This document shows positions 58,990 to 64,000 of a stretch of DNA of 64,000 nucleotides, piece after piece. The notes below the pieces were generated by a model that was given only the letters and a program-made list of their open reading frames with translations, ran no database searches and was not told the DNA's origin. The DNA comes from Eledone cirrhosa (Eukaryota): positions 350,176,001-350,240,000 of the forward strand of contig OZ024743.1 of the NCBI GenBank assembly GCA_964016885.1, given 5' to 3'. Position numbers and translations under genes: made by a program. Positions within the stretch are counted from its first letter, which is position 1, and every line of letters begins with the position of its first letter.

Positions 58990-59250
58990 TGGTGAAGCCA
59001 GTCGTTGGAGTATCACTCTAGATGCTCTCATAATCAGCCGTCACCACTTGTTTCTATTCTCCGCTAAGCTTTAGGAGTGTATCGGTGTTGTGATCACTCT
59101 AGTCTTTAATGTTGTCGGAACAGGATTTATTTGATTGCTTCTTCTTCACTCTACCTCGACTGTGCCCTAAAGGCTTGTTTTAGACAGGTCTTCGTGAACA
59201 GATAGATGACCATAACAGGCAAGATGCTGTCTTTTCACCATCACATTTAA
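58990..59250 (-). mobile_element. Decayed RTE-clade LINE 3' fragment
   Basis: VKRQHLACYGHLSVHEDLSKT..GTVE resembles the RTE C-terminal W-x-GH..K..L-x-G-x-V-x-G motif. Confidence 0.5.
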
Positions 59251-59409
59251 TATTCCTAGAGCTGTAATAGATATTACAGACTAACATTTAATGTACAAAT
59301 ATACATCTCTGTGTGAAGAAAAAGAATCAACCAAGCAATATCCTTTGATCGCTATAAAACTACTATCACTTTATAGATTTTACATGTTCATTGAAATTAA
59401 AATACTTAC

Positions 59410-59664
59410 TTTTTTCATTAGAGGCCAATTCAACTTGTGCAGAAACATTAGTAATGAAATCTTTCATTGCAAAAGCTGAAAAGATTGTGGCGTTGATCAG
59501 TGTACCATTTTTGTTCTTTGCCTGACTAGTCCTGGCTTGAATTTCCATCATAGTTTCTTTTGAGGTGGCATTAAGTACTCGAAGTAAAATATATTCACCC
59601 CAACCATTAAAAGAATATTTCAGGCCATCTAGCGTTTGAATATGAGGGTCTCCAAACATCCAAG
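59410..59664 (-). CDS. Exon: start of VWD domain (AWMFGDPHIQTLDGLKYSFNGWGEY...)
   Basis: FGDPH-x-TLDG-xx-Y-x-FNG-x-GEY VWD signature; ggcag acceptor, gtaagt donor; 255 nt, phase 1-1. Confidence 0.93.
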
Positions 59665-60243
59665 CTGCCAATATAGTGAAAGCAATAGCATATACATTAA
59701 TCAATAACATTTTCTTCAATTTATATGATCTTAGTATGAAGTATTTTCTGCAAATGAAACATAGCGTGTGAGGATGAACAATTTAGATAAAGCTAATCAT
59801 ATCTTTATTTATAAATGTGCATGTAATAAAACATGTTGTGTGTGTTCTAAGGAATTATCAACAGTTTGAACTTAACAGAGATAGGTACATACGTTAGTAT
59901 CAGGAACAATAAAAATATAATCTGTATCAGAAAATGTGATTTGTGTATTTTATTTAAACAATATTATATAGATATCACTACAAGTACTTGCCACTTATAA
60001 ACAGGACATACAAACGTATGCAACATTCAAAATACGGAAACAGGAAATAGAAATCGTGAATTCGAAATGATTAAAAGATATGCAAAACAGCAAAGCACAT
60101 CCACAAAAAAATGTGATACCCTGAATATATATTGAGTACAACACTTCAATATAAACAGACAGTGAAACTGTGAACAAGCTTAAAACACACAGAGCTGCAC
60201 TTCGTTAAACAACGAAAGTACCCAATAAAATAAGATTACTGAA

Positions 60244-60437
60244 ATAATAATTGTTTCTACTTTTGGCACAAGGGCAGCAATTACTCAGTACATTAGTGGT
60301 ACTTTATTTTATAGATCCCGTAAGGATGAAAGGCAAAGTTAACCTCGACAGGATTTGAACTCAGACCGTAAATGGACGTAACTATGCTAGAAAGCATGGC
60401 GTCCAGCCCTCTACCGATACTGCCAAATCCCCGCCCT
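60244..60437 (-). mobile_element. SINE family 1 with 15-bp TSD
   Basis: TSD tactgaaataataat. Confidence 0.85.
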
Positions 60438-60618
60438 ACTGAAATAATAATAATCTTTAACTTTGTCACAAGAACACACGTTTTGTGGGAGAAGGATAGT
60501 GAAGCTCGATAATGTTCCAAGTTGCCCACCTGTAAAAATCTGATTTTAGGAGAATATAAATGAATAAAGTCGATAATATCTTTGTTTTTTCATAGCAATG
60601 AAATATAAAATAACTAAC

Positions 60619-60835
60619 CTCTGAAGGGACTCCTGTAACCCCAACAAAAATTTCTAGGTCTTCTTCGGTGATAGAGATGACACATATCATTTTGACGACA
60701 GCAATAAGTATATGGTTGTTCATCATGCTGCAGCCAGTTACGTGATTCGAAGAACCGGTTGTATTTTTGATAAACGCCATAAGAAAGCCATGACCACCAC
60801 CACCACCAACTCCAGCGCGATATATAACAACATTT
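60619..60835 (-). CDS. Mucin-4-like/mucin-like protein, first exon seen: AMOP domain C-terminal part (KCCY...CCRQNDMCHLYHRRRPRNFCWGYRSPFR)
   Basis: AMOP-type CCY...CC-x4-C-x2-Y-x3-RP-x3-C-x2-Y-x2-P pattern; ttctcag acceptor and gttagt donor; phase 0 to 1, matching the next exon. Confidence 0.85.
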
Positions 60836-61560
60836 CTGAGAAGAAAATATATATATATATATAGAATAAAGCAAGAACGGGGGGGGGGGTCTCGGATATT
60901 CCAACGCTTAAAAGACAATATATCTACCCCCAGAGCGTTCAATAACTGGATAAGTTATTGGGAAAACAGAGGAGGGAGGGAAGGAAAATAGAAGGGAAAA
61001 GGGAAAAGGGAGGAAAGGAAAAAACAGCGAAAAAAACAACAAACCAGGGAATGTGCGAGCAACTTAAGGTAATAAAATCAAAGACCACAGTGGTAACAGA
61101 ACTTAAGTTCAAGAGCGTGTGGGTGAACGAAAAGACAAGACTGACCCCAGTGAGTGTAAGTGAGAAAAGGACTGCTAGATGGTCAGGCGAGGGAAACAAT
61201 GAGGTGGCTGGTAGAGAGAGGGTGAGTAAATGTGAGAGGGAGAAAGAGGGGGAAGAGTAGAGAGTAACGAAATAAATAGGTAGAAGGAGAGAGAAGAAGG
61301 GTCACAGTGAAACATGATAAAATATATGGGGAATACGGTTGGCTGTGTAGTTGCTAGTTACCCTCTTATTCTCATTCCATTTTTAAGCCCTACTTAACTA
61401 GCAACTACACAGCCAATCCTATTCTCCATATATTTTATCATGTTCTGGGGGTAGATATATTGACTTTAAAGCGTTGAAATATCCAAGACCCCCAGTAGAC
61501 AACTGAAGAGGACCCCCCGTTCTTGCTTTCTTCTTATTCTCATTGCATTTTTAAGCCTAT

Positions 61561-61654
<94 letters not shown>

Positions 61655-61662
61655 GAGAGAGA

Positions 61663-61894
61663 GAGGTAGAACACTGAAGGTAATACCCGTAGTGGTAGAG
61701 CACTCAGTTCATGGGATGAGTTAGGTAGGTAGTGGTCGTTACACAACAGTTAGTTCACCATACCGAGAACAATTGTTTCACCTTAGCGGATCCTCAGCTC
61801 GTAATCCTTTACGAGCTGAGGATAACGAGCTGAGGATCCGCTAAGGTGAAACAATTGTTCTCGGTATGGTGAACTAACTGTTGTGTAACCACTG

Positions 61895-61897
<3 letters not shown>
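61663..61897. repeat. Second copy of the 37669 family, tail on the left
   Basis: Same arms and tail in reverse orientation; different centre. Confidence 0.88.
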
Positions 61898-61941
<44 letters not shown>

Positions 61942-61946
<5 letters not shown>

Positions 61947-62108
61947 CGAAGGAAATGTGGTAAGGATCCAGGGGGACCATAACGCACCAAAGTACTCAAT
62001 ACTTGGGGTAGTAGAGTGGGTAATAGGAACAAGTATGACCCCGACGGCAGTCCAGAATTAGCCGTCGAAACGGCTTGAGCTCAGCTGTCGGGGTCTTACT
62101 GGTTCCTA

Positions 62109-62151
<43 letters not shown>

Positions 62152-62313
62152 CGAAGGAAATGTGGTAAGGAACCAGATGGACCATAACGCACCAAAGTAC
62201 TCAATACTTAGAGTAGTAGAGTGGATAATATGAACAAGTATGACCCCGACGGCAGTCCAGAATTAGCCGTCGAAACGGCTTGAGCTCTGCCGTCGGGGTC
62301 ATACTTGTTCCTA
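61942..62313 (+). repeat. HP1 copies 6 and 7 in tandem, sharing a deletion in the left arm
   Basis: 61942..62110 and 62147..62313, separated by (TA)n. Confidence 0.85.
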
Positions 62314-63250
62314 TATATATATATACATACATATGTATATGTGTTGAGAATACAGTAATATTTAAAACAAAGACACGTATGGGTAATGATCATAAACGAG
62401 AATAAGACCCATTTGACAAATACGTCGACTATGACTATATAATTATAAGTCACTTTGTTGGAACATCAGTATGTAACATTAAAAAGGTATATGCCTGTAA
62501 TGTTTCATTTGCATACTTATAACTTACGCTAATAATACAATATATTGTCATTGTATATGAATGTATTCAAAGCTAGATGACTTCTCATTTAATGTGTTTT
62601 TACCGTGCTATAGCACGAAAGTGACCCTTGATCACTTGGAGTTTGTATTACAAACAGTGCATGCATGTTTCACGATGAGTGGTACGGTACTCTTTGTATT
62701 GTCTTATTTGTGGGTATTTAAATGTCTTTTTAGACCAACACGGGAATTACAGGTTTTACTACAAATATGGCATATCAGCATGTCTGCTGGAATAAAGTGT
62801 GTAAGTTGAACCAACAGGATGAGGATGGGTTCTGGAAGGTGAAGTTAGGCTAGCCTCAAACTCAACTGATAAAACGTAAGTGAGTACATGTTGCATGGTG
62901 GTGTTACACTGATGACATCAGCAACCACAGCAAGTATGCTTGTTGATGAGTGTCCTTTTTGGAGATCCTGGTCAGTGAACTAGAAGAGTTAATGACCATC
63001 CAATAGTGTGTACATATGCATTCATATAATAAGTGTATTGTGTATTTAAATGTGTAAATGTGTGTCATTGTATATATATGTATGTACATATATATACATA
63101 TATATACATATATACATATATACATATATACATATATACATATATATACATATATACATATATATACATACGTACATATATATATATGTATATATATATA
63201 TATGATGTGTGTGTGTATATATGATGTGTGTGTATGTGTATATATATATA

Positions 63251-63773
63251 TAAAATAAAATAAATAAGTCAAATGTTTACAATTTTTTAAAATTTGGCTT
63301 CGTTTATTACTGCTATATATATTTCGGTGACAGCCATCATTGGCTGTGACCTCTTCAGGCAGTCCGAATTAGTGTGGTAGAGACGGGTACACATGTTGTT
63401 GAGGTGTTTAACTTTGTCAATACTCTGATATGCCCAGTTCCTGGTTGGGTTGTTATTTCACTGAGGAACCATATGGAATCATATGATTCCAGTTCCTCAG
63501 TGAAATAACAACCCAACCAGGAACTGGGCATATCAGAGTATTGACAAAGTTAAACACCTCAACATGTGTACTCGTTTCTACCACACTAATTCGGACTGTC
63601 ACCGAAATATATACAGCAGTAATAAACGAAGCCAAATTTTAAAAAAATTGTAAACATTTGACTTATTTATTTTATTTTACATTACTCCGGAATAACCAAA
63701 CCAACCTGCGCACTTCGTCGAGTGCTCCAGTCTGGATACTGAGGTGTTGGTATACAACCAACATATACTCAAC
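63251..63773. repeat. About 430-bp palindrome plus about 90-bp tail
   Basis: Centre near 63482 (ggaatcatatgattcc); arms carry small indels. Confidence 0.88.
63309..63363 (-). ncRNA. Minimal type I hammerhead
   Basis: actgc-CUGAAGA-ggtcacagcca/tggctgtcacc-GAAA-tatata-UA-gcagt. Confidence 0.75.
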
Positions 63774-64000
63774 ATATATATATATAATTATAAAATGTGG
63801 AGGGGAAGCACACGAGTTAGGATATGTATATATATATATATGAAAACAAGGAGAAAGAGACGATTAGGAAAAAAATATATTTTTCCTCCTAATAATCCCC
63901 TCTTTCTCCCTGTTTATTTATATATATATATATATATATATGTATATGTATATATGTATATGTATATATGTAAGTATGCATATATATATATATATATATA

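Noticed and set aside
61942-62313. Repeat-spacer pattern resembling CRISPR
   Set aside because: Eukaryotic context, microsatellite spacers, no cas genes

Overview
AT-rich, microsatellite-dense animal genomic DNA. A coleoid cephalopod such as Octopus is an inference from the SINE and repeat content, not a demonstrated fact. The whole window is the middle of one minus-strand gene. Seventeen GT-AG exons with compatible phases (about 2.96 kb CDS, about 987 aa) encode an AMOP-VWD-(cadherin/Ig-like)-multi-EGF extracellular protein of the mucin-4-like class; both ends lie outside the window. The introns hold a head-to-tail array of R4/Dong-type RLE retrotransposons joined by (TAA)n, a decayed Tx1/L1-type LINE, CRE, CR1/L2, RTE and mariner fragments, a non-autonomous Helitron, two tRNA-SINE families and Penelope-like (Neptune GIY-YIG) remnants. 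The most striking signal is a set of at least six sequence-unrelated families of fold-back (palindromic) elements sharing one architecture: (TA)n - arm - inverted arm - unpaired 60-95 bp tail - (TA)n. Most arms end in minimal type I hammerhead ribozyme folds, including non-canonical cores (U3:A8 covariation, U4A). One family can be followed from a 150-bp hairpin up to a 2.2-kb copy carrying a Penelope GIY-YIG ORF. All structures were read by eye; none was computed.
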